Origin: an uncultured Actinomycetes bacterium
GTDB lineage: Bacteria; Actinomycetota; UBA4738; JBBDTT01
DNA length: 64,000 nt
Reading direction: 5' to 3'
Assembly: GCA_963742735.1 (NCBI GenBank)
Contig: CAVUMN010000001.1
Coordinates: 1-64,000 of the forward strand
Position 1 is the first letter of the stretch. Every line of letters starts with the position of its first letter. The translations under genes and the position numbers were made by a program. The notes beneath the pieces are model-generated. The model saw only the letters and a program-made list of their open reading frames with translations, did no database searches and was not told where the DNA came from. Positions 29,242 to 38,661 of the stretch are shown piece after piece.

Positions 29242-30412
29242 CGAGCCCCGACTCGCGAAGGGCGTCCTCGACGAACCGGGTCACGGTGGAGGACCACAGG
29301 AACGTGAGGTGGCTCCCCTCGTACCAGGAGATCTTGGGCCGTCCCCAGTGCTCCCACAGGCGCTGGGCCTGGGGCGGTGTCGACATGCGGTCGCCGAGCC
29401 CCGCGTAGACGTACCGGCGGTCCTCCGGGACCAGCGGCGGGCGGGCCAGGGGCGAGATGACGGTATGGACCTCCTTGGCCACCGCGCCGAGCGTGCCGTC
29501 CGGGTCGGCCTGACGCCGGAGCGTGACCGTCGAGTGATGCTCGAACAGCTTCGGGATGTCGCACAGCGGCGCGCCGGCCAGAACCATCTCCAGCCCGGGC
29601 TCGATCGTGACCAGGAGCGACCCGACGTAGGCCCCGAGGCTCATGCCGTGTACGCCGACGGTCTCGCCGCCCTGCCCGCGGATCCAGCCGATCGCCCCGC
29701 GGATGTCCACCATGGCCTGGGCCATGCCCAGGACGAAGTTCTGGAGCTCGTAGGACATCAGCTCCTGTCCGCCCAGGCGGCCCACCTTGCGCGGCCCGTG
29801 GATCGGCAGGACCGGGAACAGCAGGTTCAGGCCGAGCTCCTGGTGCAGGCGGCGGGCGCGGAACGCGAAGAACTCCGTGAGGGCCATCCCCGTCCCGAAG
29901 CCGTGGATGCACACCAGCCAGGGCTTGGTGGGGTCGCCTCGGAGCGCGTAGGCGTACGAGGTGCGGTTCGCCTCGTACGTCAGCCAGCGATCTCGGCCGG
30001 GCTCGCCCTCGTGGGGCGTGTACGCGCTCGGCCACGACAGCCGCTCGTACCCGAGGCCCGAGGTCCACTTTCGCTCGATCGTGGGGACGACGGGCTCTGG
30101 GTCGCGGTGGTAGGTCTCGGGGCGCGCGACGAACCCCCGCTCCCGATACAGCACGGCCGCCTCGCGCAGCTCGCGGGCGACCGCGGCGTAGTCCGCCTCC
30201 GCGGGGTAGCGGCGCGGGCTCTTCATCCACCCCAGCATCAGCTCGTCCAGGGCGACCTGCGCGGTGAGGCCGAGCGTGAGCCTCGGGGACGGCGGGTGCC
30301 CGTCGATCACCGGCAGCTTCTGGCGCAGCCAGGAGCCGAAGGCGAAGCCGGCGGTCTTCTGGGGGACGAACACCAGCCCGGCGCCGGGGACGTTGGCCAC
30401 CCGCCGAGCCAT
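29159..30412 (-). CDS. Alpha/beta hydrolase (Rv2627c-like)
   Basis: LVCIHGFG, LPIHGPR, GMSLG nucleophile elbow, DRM...H. Start uncertain (30412 or 30457). Confidence 0.8.
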   Translation of the reverse strand: MARRVANVPGAGLVFVPQKTAGFAFGSWLRQKLPVIDGHPPSPRLTLGLTAQVALDELMLGWMKSPRRYPAEADYAAVARELREAAVLYRERGFVARPETYHRDPEPVVPTIERKWTSGLGYERLSWPSAYTPHEGEPGRDRWLTYEANRTSYAYALRGDPTKPWLVCIHGFGTGMALTEFFAFRARRLHQELGLNLLFPVLPIHGPRKVGRLGGQELMSYELQNFVLGMAQAMVDIRGAIGWIRGQGGETVGVHGMSLGAYVGSLLVTIEPGLEMVLAGAPLCDIPKLFEHHSTVTLRRQADPDGTLGAVAKEVHTVISPLARPPLVPEDRRYVYAGLGDRMSTPPQAQRLWEHWGRPKISWYEGSHLTFLWSSTVTRFVEDALRESGLVTRTPPPPRTARPAAGTNGRDPRPARS

Positions 30413-30474
30413 CCGGCGGACGGCGCTCGATCGAGGCGCTGGCGTCCTGTCGGCCAAGGTGTTCTCGTCGGTGG

Positions 30475-30493
30475 ATCTGACGGTCCGTCATAC
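30475..30493. promoter_or_regulatory. 19-bp palindromic operator, copy 2
   Basis: ATCTGACGG-T-CCGTCATAC between the divergent hydrolase and fadD19-like genes. Confidence 0.8.
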
Positions 30494-30544
30494 TATGCCA
30501 CCGGGTCCCCGCCCACGCGTGGAGCCGGGCTCGGCGAGGTGGGG

Positions 30545-32152
30545 ATGACCTTCAATCTGGCGGATCTGTTCGAGGCGGTGTCGGACGCGATCCCCGACCG
30601 CCTGGCCCTCGTCGCCGGAGACCGCCGGCTCACGTATTCGGAGCTCGACGAGCGCGCCAACCGCCTGGCGCACGTCCTGTCCGGGGCCGGGATCGGTCCC
30701 GGAGACCACGTCGGGCTGCAGCTCATGAACGGGACCGAGTACCTCGAGGGGATGCTCGCCGCCTTCAAGCTCCGCGCGGTGCCGGTGAACGTGAACTACC
30801 GCTACGTCGAGGGCGAGCTCCGGCACCTGTTCGAGGACGCCGAGCTCTCCGCGCTCGTCTATCACCGGTCCTTCGGCCCCCGTGTGGCCTCGGTGGCGCC
30901 GGACGTCCCCGGCCTGAAGACGTTCGTGGTCGTGGACGACGGTTCGGACGAGGTGCCCGCCGGCGGATCGATCGAGTACGAGGCGGCCCTGGGCGACGTG
31001 CCGGCCGATCGCCCCCCGGGCGCCGGGCGGTCCTCCGACGACCTCTACATGGTCTACACGGGCGGAACGACCGGCATGCCGAAGGGCGTGGTGTGGCGCC
31101 ACGAGGACATCTTCAAGGCGGCGATGGGCGGCGGCGACATCACCCAGGGCGGCAACCACGTGACCGGTCCGGAGGAGCTCGCCGAACGCGTCACCGCGCA
31201 GCAGGGCGTGGCGGCCCTGGCCACCCCGCCGCTCATGCACTCGAGCGCCCACTGGCTGGCGTTCCATCAGCTGTTCACCGGCGGAGCCCTCGTCCTGGTG
31301 CCGCTCGGGAAGTTCGATCCCGCGCAGATCTGGGAGCTCGTCACCGGCGAGCGCGTGTTCATCCTGGTCGTGGTGGGCGACGCGATGGCGCGGCCGCTGA
31401 TCGAGGAGCTCCGGGCGAACGGCGACCGCTACGCGACCGACTCGCTGTGGGTCATCGGCTCGGGAGGCGCGATCCTGTCCAACGGCGCCAAGGAGCACCT
31501 GCTGGAGCTTCTCCCCAACCGAATGATCGCCGACGGCTTCGGGTCCTCGGAGACCGGGGTCCTCGGCAGCCGGAGTGGCGGGGGCGGCGCGACGTTCGTG
31601 GTCAACGACCAGACCGCGGTGCTGGACGACGACGGGCGGCCGGTGCCGGCGGGGTCGGGGACGGTGGGCCGGCTGGCCCGCCGCGGCCACATCCCGTTGC
31701 GCTACCACGGCGACCCCGAGAAGACCGCGCGAACGTTCCTCGAGTCGGACGGCGTCCGGTGGGTGCTTCCCGGCGACATGGCCACGGTCGAGCCGGACGG
31801 CACGATCGCGCTGCTCGGGCGGGGCTCGCTGTCGATCAACACCGGCGGGGAGAAGGTGTTCCCCGAGGAGGTGGAGATGGTGCTTCGCGACCACCCGGAC
31901 GTGGCGGACGCGGTGGTGGTCGGCGTCCCCGACGAGCGATGGGGCGAGCGCGTCGTCGCCGTCGTGGCCCCGAGGGCGAGCGACGGGCTCTCCCTGGAGT
32001 CGCTGCAGGCGGCGTGCCGCGAGCGGCTCGCCGGCTACAAGGTCCCCCGGGGTCTGGTCGAGGTCGACGCGATCGTTCGCTCCCCAGCAGGCAAGGCCGA
32101 CTACGCGTGGGCCAAGGCCCGCGCGATCGAGGACCTGGGGGTGAGCCCATGA
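30545..32152 (+). CDS. fadD19: Acyl-CoA synthetase, steroid side-chain type
   Basis: FNLADLFE, VNVNYRYVEGEL, YTGGTTGMPKGVVWRHEDI, INTGGEKVFPEEVE, RSPAGKADY. Confidence 0.78.
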   Translation: MTFNLADLFEAVSDAIPDRLALVAGDRRLTYSELDERANRLAHVLSGAGIGPGDHVGLQLMNGTEYLEGMLAAFKLRAVPVNVNYRYVEGELRHLFEDAELSALVYHRSFGPRVASVAPDVPGLKTFVVVDDGSDEVPAGGSIEYEAALGDVPADRPPGAGRSSDDLYMVYTGGTTGMPKGVVWRHEDIFKAAMGGGDITQGGNHVTGPEELAERVTAQQGVAALATPPLMHSSAHWLAFHQLFTGGALVLVPLGKFDPAQIWELVTGERVFILVVVGDAMARPLIEELRANGDRYATDSLWVIGSGGAILSNGAKEHLLELLPNRMIADGFGSSETGVLGSRSGGGGATFVVNDQTAVLDDDGRPVPAGSGTVGRLARRGHIPLRYHGDPEKTARTFLESDGVRWVLPGDMATVEPDGTIALLGRGSLSINTGGEKVFPEEVEMVLRDHPDVADAVVVGVPDERWGERVVAVVAPRASDGLSLESLQAACRERLAGYKVPRGLVEVDAIVRSPAGKADYAWAKARAIEDLGVSP

Positions 32153-33643
32153 AGCGACTGTCGGGGCTCGACGCGACGTTCCTGTACATGGAGACGCCGA
32201 CCTCCCCCATGCACGTCATGGGCGTCCTGCTGCTCGACACGAAGACCGCGCCCGAGGGCTACTCGTTCGACAAGGTCCGGGAGATGCTCCTGTCTCGGAT
32301 CCACCTGATGCCGGCGTTCCGGCGACGGCTGGTGCCGGTCCCACTCGGCCTGGCCCATCCCGTGTGGATCGAAGACGCGGAGTTCGACCTGGACAACCAC
32401 CTGCACCGGATCGGGGTGCCACCGCCCGGCGACCTTCGGGCGCTGGAGGGCGTGGTGGGCGACATCGCCGGCCAGACCCTCGACCGCGGCAAGCCGCTGT
32501 GGGACATGTGGGTGGTCGAGGGCCTGAGGGACGGCCGGGCCGCGGTCATCACGAAGATGCACCACTCGACCATCGACGGGACGTCCGGAGCGGACGTGAT
32601 GGTCCACCTGTTGGACATCACCCCGGAGGTCTCGGTCCCCGAGCCGCCCGACGGGCCGTTCACCGGCGAGCGCCGCCCGTCCGACCTTCGGCTGCTGGGG
32701 GGCGCGCTGGCCGCGCAGGCCGGGACACCCGTCCGCGCCGTGAAGGCCGTCGGCAAGCTGGCCGGCAACGCCGTGCGCACCGCCAGGGGCTACCTGCAGA
32801 AGGAGATGCGGGAGGCGTCACCGCCGCCGTTCTCGGCGCCGCGGACGAAGTTCAGCGGCGCGCTGTCCTCGCACCGCGCCGTCGCGTTCGGCGGCGCCTC
32901 GCTGGACGACCTCAAGGAGATCAAGGCCGCCTTCGACGGCAAGGTCAACGACGTGGTCCTGGCCATCGCCACGCATGCCATGCGCGGCTACCTCGAGTGG
33001 GCCGGCGAGCTTCCCGACCGCCCGCTGGTGGCGAGCTGTCCGATCTCGGTGCGCAAGGAGGCCGCCGAGGGCGAGCCCGCGAACGACTCGGCCAACCAGG
33101 TCTCCAACATGCTCGTCCCCCTCCCGGTGCAGATGAAGGACCCGGTGAAGCGGCTGAAGACGATCATCGAGAGCACCAAGCGGTCGAAGGAGCTCGCGAA
33201 CGCCATCGGGGCCGAGACGCTCATGGACTGGGCGGAGTTCCTGGCGCCACGTCTGTTCACCACGGGGATGCGCCTGTACTCGGCCACCCGAATGGGCAAC
33301 CTCCATCCGCCCGCCCTGAACCTCATCGTCTCGAACGTGCCCGGCCCGCCCATTCCCCTGTACTCGGCCGGGGCCCGGATCGTCGCGATCTACCCGATGG
33401 GACCGCTCCTCCCCGGCGCCGGCATCAACGTCACCGTCCTGTCGAACATGGGAAACGTCGACTTCGGCGTGATCGCCGACCGCGAGACGGTGCCGGAGAT
33501 CTGGCGCATCGCGGACGGGCTGAAGGAGGGCGTCGACGTCCTGCTCGCGGCCGCGCGCGCGCCGAAGCGGAAGCCGGCGGCCAGGGCGAAGCCGAGGGCC
33601 CGCGAAGCCCGGCGGCGGAAGAGGGCGCGCGGCCGGCGCGTGA
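32149..33643 (+). CDS. WS/DGAT no. 2 (as written, reads through in frame into the next gene up to 34356)
   Basis: GLDATFLYMET, HHSTIDG, SNVPGP. Removing one base near 33600 gives a TGA stop at 33641-33643. Confidence 0.85.
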
Positions 33644-34356
33644 GCGCGACACCCGCCGGCGTCGTGGTCGAGGGCCGGACCCTCCAGTTCCCCATCGAGG
33701 TCCGCGACGCGTCCTCGTGGGGGGCGGTCTTCTCGGTCCCCGCCGAGGCCGCCCAGCGTCTGGTCGAGCCCTCCGGCCTGCGGGTGGTGCACACGGGTCC
33801 CGGCCGGACGGCGGTCACCCTCGTCTTCGCGGACTACCGCGACGGCGACCTGGACGCCTATCACGAGTTCGGCGTGAGCTTCCTGGTCCATCCGCACGGC
33901 GGCGCGTCCAGGCTCGACCTTCTCCGCAACCGCGCGGGCGTGTACATCCACCGCCTCCCGGTGAACGAGACGTTCACGATGCACGCCGGGCGGACGATCT
34001 GGGGCTACCCGAAGACCCTGGCCGACATCGACATCCGCGCCGACGGCGCCACGACCACCTGCGAGCTGGCGACCGACGGAGCGATGCAGGTCCGGCTGGC
34101 CGTGGCGTCGCGGGGCCGGGTGCCGATGCCCCGCCAGAGCCCGCCCACCTACACGTTCCTCGACGGCGTCCTTCGCCGGACCGAATGGGAGGTCGCCACG
34201 CGCGCGTACGCGGGACGGCGGGGCTCAGTCGAGCTCGGGACGGGGGAGATCGCCGACGAGCTCCGTGGGCTCGGGCTGCCCCGCAAGCCGCTGCTGGTCC
34301 TGAGCCAGCCCGAGTTCCGGGTGCGGTTCGGGCCGTCGGAGGTCGTCAGGGCCTGA
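33640..34356 (+). CDS. Acetoacetate decarboxylase-like family protein (separate gene or fused domain)
   Basis: DYRDGDLDAYHEFGV, LPVN, GRTIWGYPK. GTG start at 33640. Confidence 0.75.
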   Translation: MSATPAGVVVEGRTLQFPIEVRDASSWGAVFSVPAEAAQRLVEPSGLRVVHTGPGRTAVTLVFADYRDGDLDAYHEFGVSFLVHPHGGASRLDLLRNRAGVYIHRLPVNETFTMHAGRTIWGYPKTLADIDIRADGATTTCELATDGAMQVRLAVASRGRVPMPRQSPPTYTFLDGVLRRTEWEVATRAYAGRRGSVELGTGEIADELRGLGLPRKPLLVLSQPEFRVRFGPSEVVRA

Positions 34357-35407
34357 CAGGCGGGACAGGGTCGCCTCGGCCTCGGCCACGATCCGCGCGA
34401 CGAGCTCCCCCACCGACGGGAGGTCCTCGATCATCCCCACCACCTGGCCGCTGGCCATCACGCCGAGGTCGGTCCGTCCCTCGACCATGGCCGCACGCAG
34501 GAGCATCGGGGTGTTCGCCGCCATGATCACCTGGCCCCACGTGAGGTCCTGGGTCTTCCGCATGGCCCGGCCCTCGCGAAGCATCTGCCGCAGCGGGATC
34601 CCCGAGAGCTTGCGGAACGCGAACGCGTTGCGGATCGCTCGGAGGAACCCACCGGCGCCGCTCTCCCGCTCCAGCCGCTCGATGAGCTGCGTGAGCAGCA
34701 CCCGGTGGGGCACGCCGTCCACCCTACGGGTGACCACCGTGTCGGTCACGCCCCGGTCCAGGTAGTAGGTCTTCACCGCCTCGGGGACGGGGCTCTCCCG
34801 GGTCAGCAGGAAGCGAGTTCCCATCGCCACGCCGCTCGCGCCGTAGGCGAGCGCCGCGACCAGGCCGCGGCCGTCGAAGAAGCCGCCGGCGGCGATGACC
34901 GGCACGTCCACGGCGTCGACCACCTGCGGCAGCAGCAGGGTGGTGGCGACGGGGCCGGTGTGGCCGCCCGCCCTCGCCGCCCTGGACCAGGACCGCGTCG
35001 ACGCCCATCGCCGCGACCTTCTCGGCGTGCCGCCGGGCGCCGATCGAGGGGATCACCAGGACCCCGCCCCCGCGGAGGCGGTCGATCACGTCCTGCCGGG
35101 GCGCCATGGCGAACGACGCCACCCGGACACCCCGTTCGATCATCAGGTCCGCCCGGCCGGCGATGTCGGGCTGGTCGGCCCGCAGGTTCACCCCGAACGG
35201 GCGGTCGGTGCGGGCGCGCACCTGATCGATCGCCTCCCGGAGCTCGTCGAGGCTCATCGTCGCCGCGCCGAGGATGCCGAACCCGCCCGCGGCGCTGGTG
35301 GCCGCGGTCAGCGAGGGGCCGGCCACCCACCCCATCCCGGTCTGGACGATGGGGTGTTCCACCCCGAGCAGCTGGCACAGCGGCGTGCGCAGCGCGGGAT
35401 GGCTCAC
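34225..35407 (-). CDS. ipdC: Nitronate monooxygenase-like enoyl-CoA reductase of the HIP pathway; one frameshift near 34968
   Basis: HPIVQTGMGWVAG, FGVNLRAD, QGGEGG(fs)HTG, IAAGGFFDGRG, AANTPMLL, GVMASGQV. Follows ipdB. Confidence 0.88.
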
Positions 35408-36153
35408 GCGGGCACCTCGGCGTCGCGGAGGCCGTCCGGGTCCAGGACCTGCCGGATCAGCCGGAGCTCCTTCCGGTCGGGCCCGCGCGTCTCCGGCACG
35501 TCGCCGGGGATCTCCAGCTCGAAGCCGGTCGCCGCGACGACGTCCTCGACGGTGACGCCGGGGTGGACCGACGCCAGCCGCATCAGGCCCGACCGCGGGT
35601 CGAAGTCCATGACGGCCAGGTTCGAGACCACGCGGCGGATCTCGTGGAAGCCGTACAGCGGCGGCTCGGCGCGGTCGTTGCCGATGCCCGAGACGAAGTC
35701 GACGTGCTCGACGAACACGCGGGGCCCGTGGTTGGGGACCCAGTAGCTCGTCGTGTGGTTCGCGGTGTTCCCGGGCGCGCCGCGCGATCCGAGCAGCTGG
35801 ACCTTCGGGTGCGCCCAGTCGCCGATGCAGGAGATGTTCTGGTTGCCGAAGCGGTCGATCTGGGTGGCCCCCATGATCACGTGCCGGCGACCCGCCCACA
35901 CCAGGTCGAACACCGACCGGAACGGCAGCCACGACTCGACGACCTTGTCGTCGTCCTTCGCGCCGATGGGCAGGTCGTTGGCGACCAGGTAGGCCTCGCC
36001 GTCGCTCACCAGCAGGTCGGGCTCGAACGTGGCCCGGGCCAGCCGGGCGCCGAGCATCGAGACCGTGCCCATGGCGCTGGCCAGGATCTCGCCGTCGCCG
36101 CGGAACGCCTCGGCGCAGGCGACCACGCAGACCTCGGCCCGGGTCGGGCTCAT
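35404..36153 (-). CDS. ipdB: COCHEA-CoA hydrolase beta subunit (CoA-transferase fold)
   Basis: TRAEVCVVACAE, SDGEA, ESWLPFR, QIDRFGNQNISCIG, GSRGAPGNT. Confidence 0.92.
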   Translation of the reverse strand: MSPTRAEVCVVACAEAFRGDGEILASAMGTVSMLGARLARATFEPDLLVSDGEAYLVANDLPIGAKDDDKVVESWLPFRSVFDLVWAGRRHVIMGATQIDRFGNQNISCIGDWAHPKVQLLGSRGAPGNTANHTTSYWVPNHGPRVFVEHVDFVSGIGNDRAEPPLYGFHEIRRVVSNLAVMDFDPRSGLMRLASVHPGVTVEDVVAATGFELEIPGDVPETRGPDRKELRLIRQVLDPDGLRDAEVPA

Positions 36154-36995
36154 CCGGCCTCCACCTCCCTGCGGTAGTCGTCCTCGGTCCCGTCCAGGTA
36201 CCGGGCCCGGAACGCCGACCACGCCTCGGGGTCGCGGGCCGACTCCGCGTACGTCGCCTGGAAGGCCTCGTCGCGCCCGTAGTCCGGCACGCACGAGGTG
36301 AAGTGGGCCCCGTTCGGCGTCTCCACCACGGCGTCGGTCATCGCCCGGTTCACGCGCAGGGTCTGCACCGGGCCCTCCTTGGCGAAGTCGGCGGTGTCGA
36401 CGACGCGCTCGCACGACACGAACCGTCGCTCCGCGGCCATCAGGAACAGGTCGTCGAAGTAGGGGTCGGGGCCGAGGATCTGGCCGTTGCCGCCGGCGTC
36501 GGCCCGATGGACGTGGACGAAGGCGGCGTCCAGGCGAAGCGGCGGGACGGCGACGACCTCCTCCTCGGAGTACGGCGAGCCGACCATCTTCAGGTCGGGG
36601 TTGACCTTCAGGATGTCGGAGCCGAGCCCGGCCCGGGTGGGCATGAACGGCAGCCGGTGCGCCGCCGCCAGCAGCGCCAGGTAGAACATCCCCTCGTCGA
36701 GCTCGCGGGCCTGGATCTCCCCCCGCTCCCGCGCGGCCCGAAAGTGCGGCTCGAGCGGGATCGAGTCCAGCGAGACGAACCCGAACACGACCTTGCGCAC
36801 CTTCCCGGCCGCGCACAACAGGCCCACGTCGGGACCTCCGTAGGACGCCACCGTCAGGTCCTTCACCGGCGAGCGCAGGATCTCGCGGACCAGGGACATC
36901 GGCTTGCGCCGCGACCCCCATCCGCCGACGCCGATCGCCATGCCGTCGCGAAGCTCCGACACGACCTCGGCGGCCGTCGCCCGCTTGTCGGCCAC
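36150..36995 (-). CDS. ipdA: COCHEA-CoA hydrolase alpha subunit
   Basis: GGWGSRRKPM, GFVSLDS, DEGM, DPYFDDLF, GAHFT. Confidence 0.92.
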   Translation of the reverse strand: MADKRATAAEVVSELRDGMAIGVGGWGSRRKPMSLVREILRSPVKDLTVASYGGPDVGLLCAAGKVRKVVFGFVSLDSIPLEPHFRAARERGEIQARELDEGMFYLALLAAAHRLPFMPTRAGLGSDILKVNPDLKMVGSPYSEEEVVAVPPLRLDAAFVHVHRADAGGNGQILGPDPYFDDLFLMAAERRFVSCERVVDTADFAKEGPVQTLRVNRAMTDAVVETPNGAHFTSCVPDYGRDEAFQATYAESARDPEAWSAFRARYLDGTEDDYRREVEAG

Positions 36996-37001
36996 GCCCG
37001 G

Positions 37002-37760
37002 CTAGTCCCCGAAGGAGGGGTCTCGCTTCTCCACGAACGCGCGCCGGGCCTCTTCGGGCACGTCGGTGAGGCTCAGCTCGAAGGTGAACCCCTGCTCGTA
37101 GCGGTAGCTCCGGCGGACGTCGACGGGGTCGATCCCGTTCAGCGCCTCCTTGGCGGCACGAAGCAGGCGCGGGTGATACGCGGCCAGCGCCTCGGCGACC
37201 GCCCGCGCCTCGGTGAGGAGGTCGTCCCGGCCAACGACCTTCGCGACCGAGCCCCACGAGTGGAGCTGGGTGGCCGTTGCCGTTGCCCCCGTGTAGAACA
37301 TGTAGCGAACCTCGTGTGCTGGAACCAGCCGCGCCAGATGGGTGGCAGCCCCGAGCGCACCCCGCGCCAGCTCCGGGAGACCAAACGTTGCATCCTCTGC
37401 CGCGATGACGATGTCGGCGTTGCCGGCCAGCCCGATCCCGCCGCCCAGGCAGAAGCCGTGGACCGCCGCGATCACCGGGACCTCGCACTCGTAGACCGCC
37501 GCGAACGCGGCGGCACAGCCCCGGTTGACCGCGATGATCTCCTCGTTCGACGGGTCGGCATCGAGGGCCTTGATGTCCACGCCGGCGCAGAACCCGCGCC
37601 CTTCGGCGCGCAGGATCACCACGTGCACGTCGGGATCGGCGCCCGCCGCGCGAAGCACGTCGGCCAGCTCGAGCCAGCCCTTCGAGGAGAGCGCGTTGAC
37701 CGGCGGGACGTCGATGACGACGTCGGCGATGTGCTCGGAGGTGTTGGAGGAGATGCCCAT
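37002..37760 (-). CDS. echA20: HIEC-CoA hydrolase (crotonase family)
   Basis: PPVNAL, GFCAGVDIK, NRGC, GALGAATHL, SYRYEQGFTFEL. First gene of echA20-ipdABC. Confidence 0.92.
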   Translation of the reverse strand: MGISSNTSEHIADVVIDVPPVNALSSKGWLELADVLRAAGADPDVHVVILRAEGRGFCAGVDIKALDADPSNEEIIAVNRGCAAAFAAVYECEVPVIAAVHGFCLGGGIGLAGNADIVIAAEDATFGLPELARGALGAATHLARLVPAHEVRYMFYTGATATATQLHSWGSVAKVVGRDDLLTEARAVAEALAAYHPRLLRAAKEALNGIDPVDVRRSYRYEQGFTFELSLTDVPEEARRAFVEKRDPSFGD

Positions 37761-37767
37761 CGTCAGT

Positions 37768-37786
37768 TCCTGACGGTGCGTCAGAT
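37768..37786. promoter_or_regulatory. 19-bp palindromic operator, copy 3
   Basis: TCCTGACGG-T-GCGTCAGAT, 7 nt upstream of the echA20 start. Confidence 0.8.
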
Positions 37787-37838
37787 TCCTGCCGGAACAG
37801 TACACCGTGCCGGAGGGCCGGGCTGTTAGCCTTCGCGG

Positions 37839-38618
37839 ATGCTGCTCAAGGATCGCGTGGCCATCGTCTCGGGTATCGGCCCCGGCTTGGGCAAGGAGAT
37901 CGCGCTGGCCCTGGCCCGGGAGGGCGCCGACGTCGCCCTGGGCGCGCGTACCGAGGACCGCCTGCGGGAAGTGGCCGGCGAGGTCGAGGCCCTCGGCCGG
38001 CGAACGATCTGGGCGCCCACCGACGTGACGGACCCGGCGCAGCGGCAGGCCCTGGTGGACGCCACCGTCGACGCGTTCGGCCGCGTGGACGTCCTGGTGA
38101 ACAACGCGTTCGTCCAGCCGCCCTTCAAGCGGATCGAGTACGAGACCGAGGACATGTTCCGCCGGGCGTTCGAGGTCAACGTCCTGGGCGGGCTGGGGAT
38201 GGCCCGGGCCGTCATCCCGGCGATGCAGGCCCAGGGCGGCGGGTCGATCGTGTTCATCAACACAATGTCGATCCGGACCTCGGAGATCAAGACCGGCGCG
38301 TACGCGGCGTCGAAGAGCGCGCTGTTCGGCGCGGCGCGGGTCCTGGCCCGCGAGCACGGCCGCGACGGGATCCGGGTGAACAGCGTGATGCCCGGCTACG
38401 TCATGGGCCCGAACCTCGAGTGGTACTTCAACCACCTGGCAGAGAAGGAGGGCGTCACGCCCCAGGACGTCTACGACCGGGTCGCCGAGCAGACCGCGCT
38501 CCGCCACCTGCCCACCTCGGCCGAGGTGGCCGACGCCGTGGTGTTCTTCGCCAGCGACCTGTCGAGGGTGATCACCGGCCAGTCGCTCGACGTGAACGGA
38601 GGCCACTGGTTCGACTGA
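37839..38618 (+). CDS. SDR oxidoreductase
   Basis: SGIGPGLG, LVNNAF, YAASK, GQSLDVNGG. Confidence 0.9.
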   Translation: MLLKDRVAIVSGIGPGLGKEIALALAREGADVALGARTEDRLREVAGEVEALGRRTIWAPTDVTDPAQRQALVDATVDAFGRVDVLVNNAFVQPPFKRIEYETEDMFRRAFEVNVLGGLGMARAVIPAMQAQGGGSIVFINTMSIRTSEIKTGAYAASKSALFGAARVLAREHGRDGIRVNSVMPGYVMGPNLEWYFNHLAEKEGVTPQDVYDRVAEQTALRHLPTSAEVADAVVFFASDLSRVITGQSLDVNGGHWFD

Positions 38619-38661
38619 ACCGCCGATCGCGGTCCGAGTGGCTGCCAATACACTCTCCGCC

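Noticed and set aside
34225-34356. Long convergent gene overlaps (132 bp here, 83 bp at 29159-29241)
   Set aside because: The overlapping tails look like non-conserved read-through in stop-poor GC-rich DNA, or indel errors. No evidence of function.
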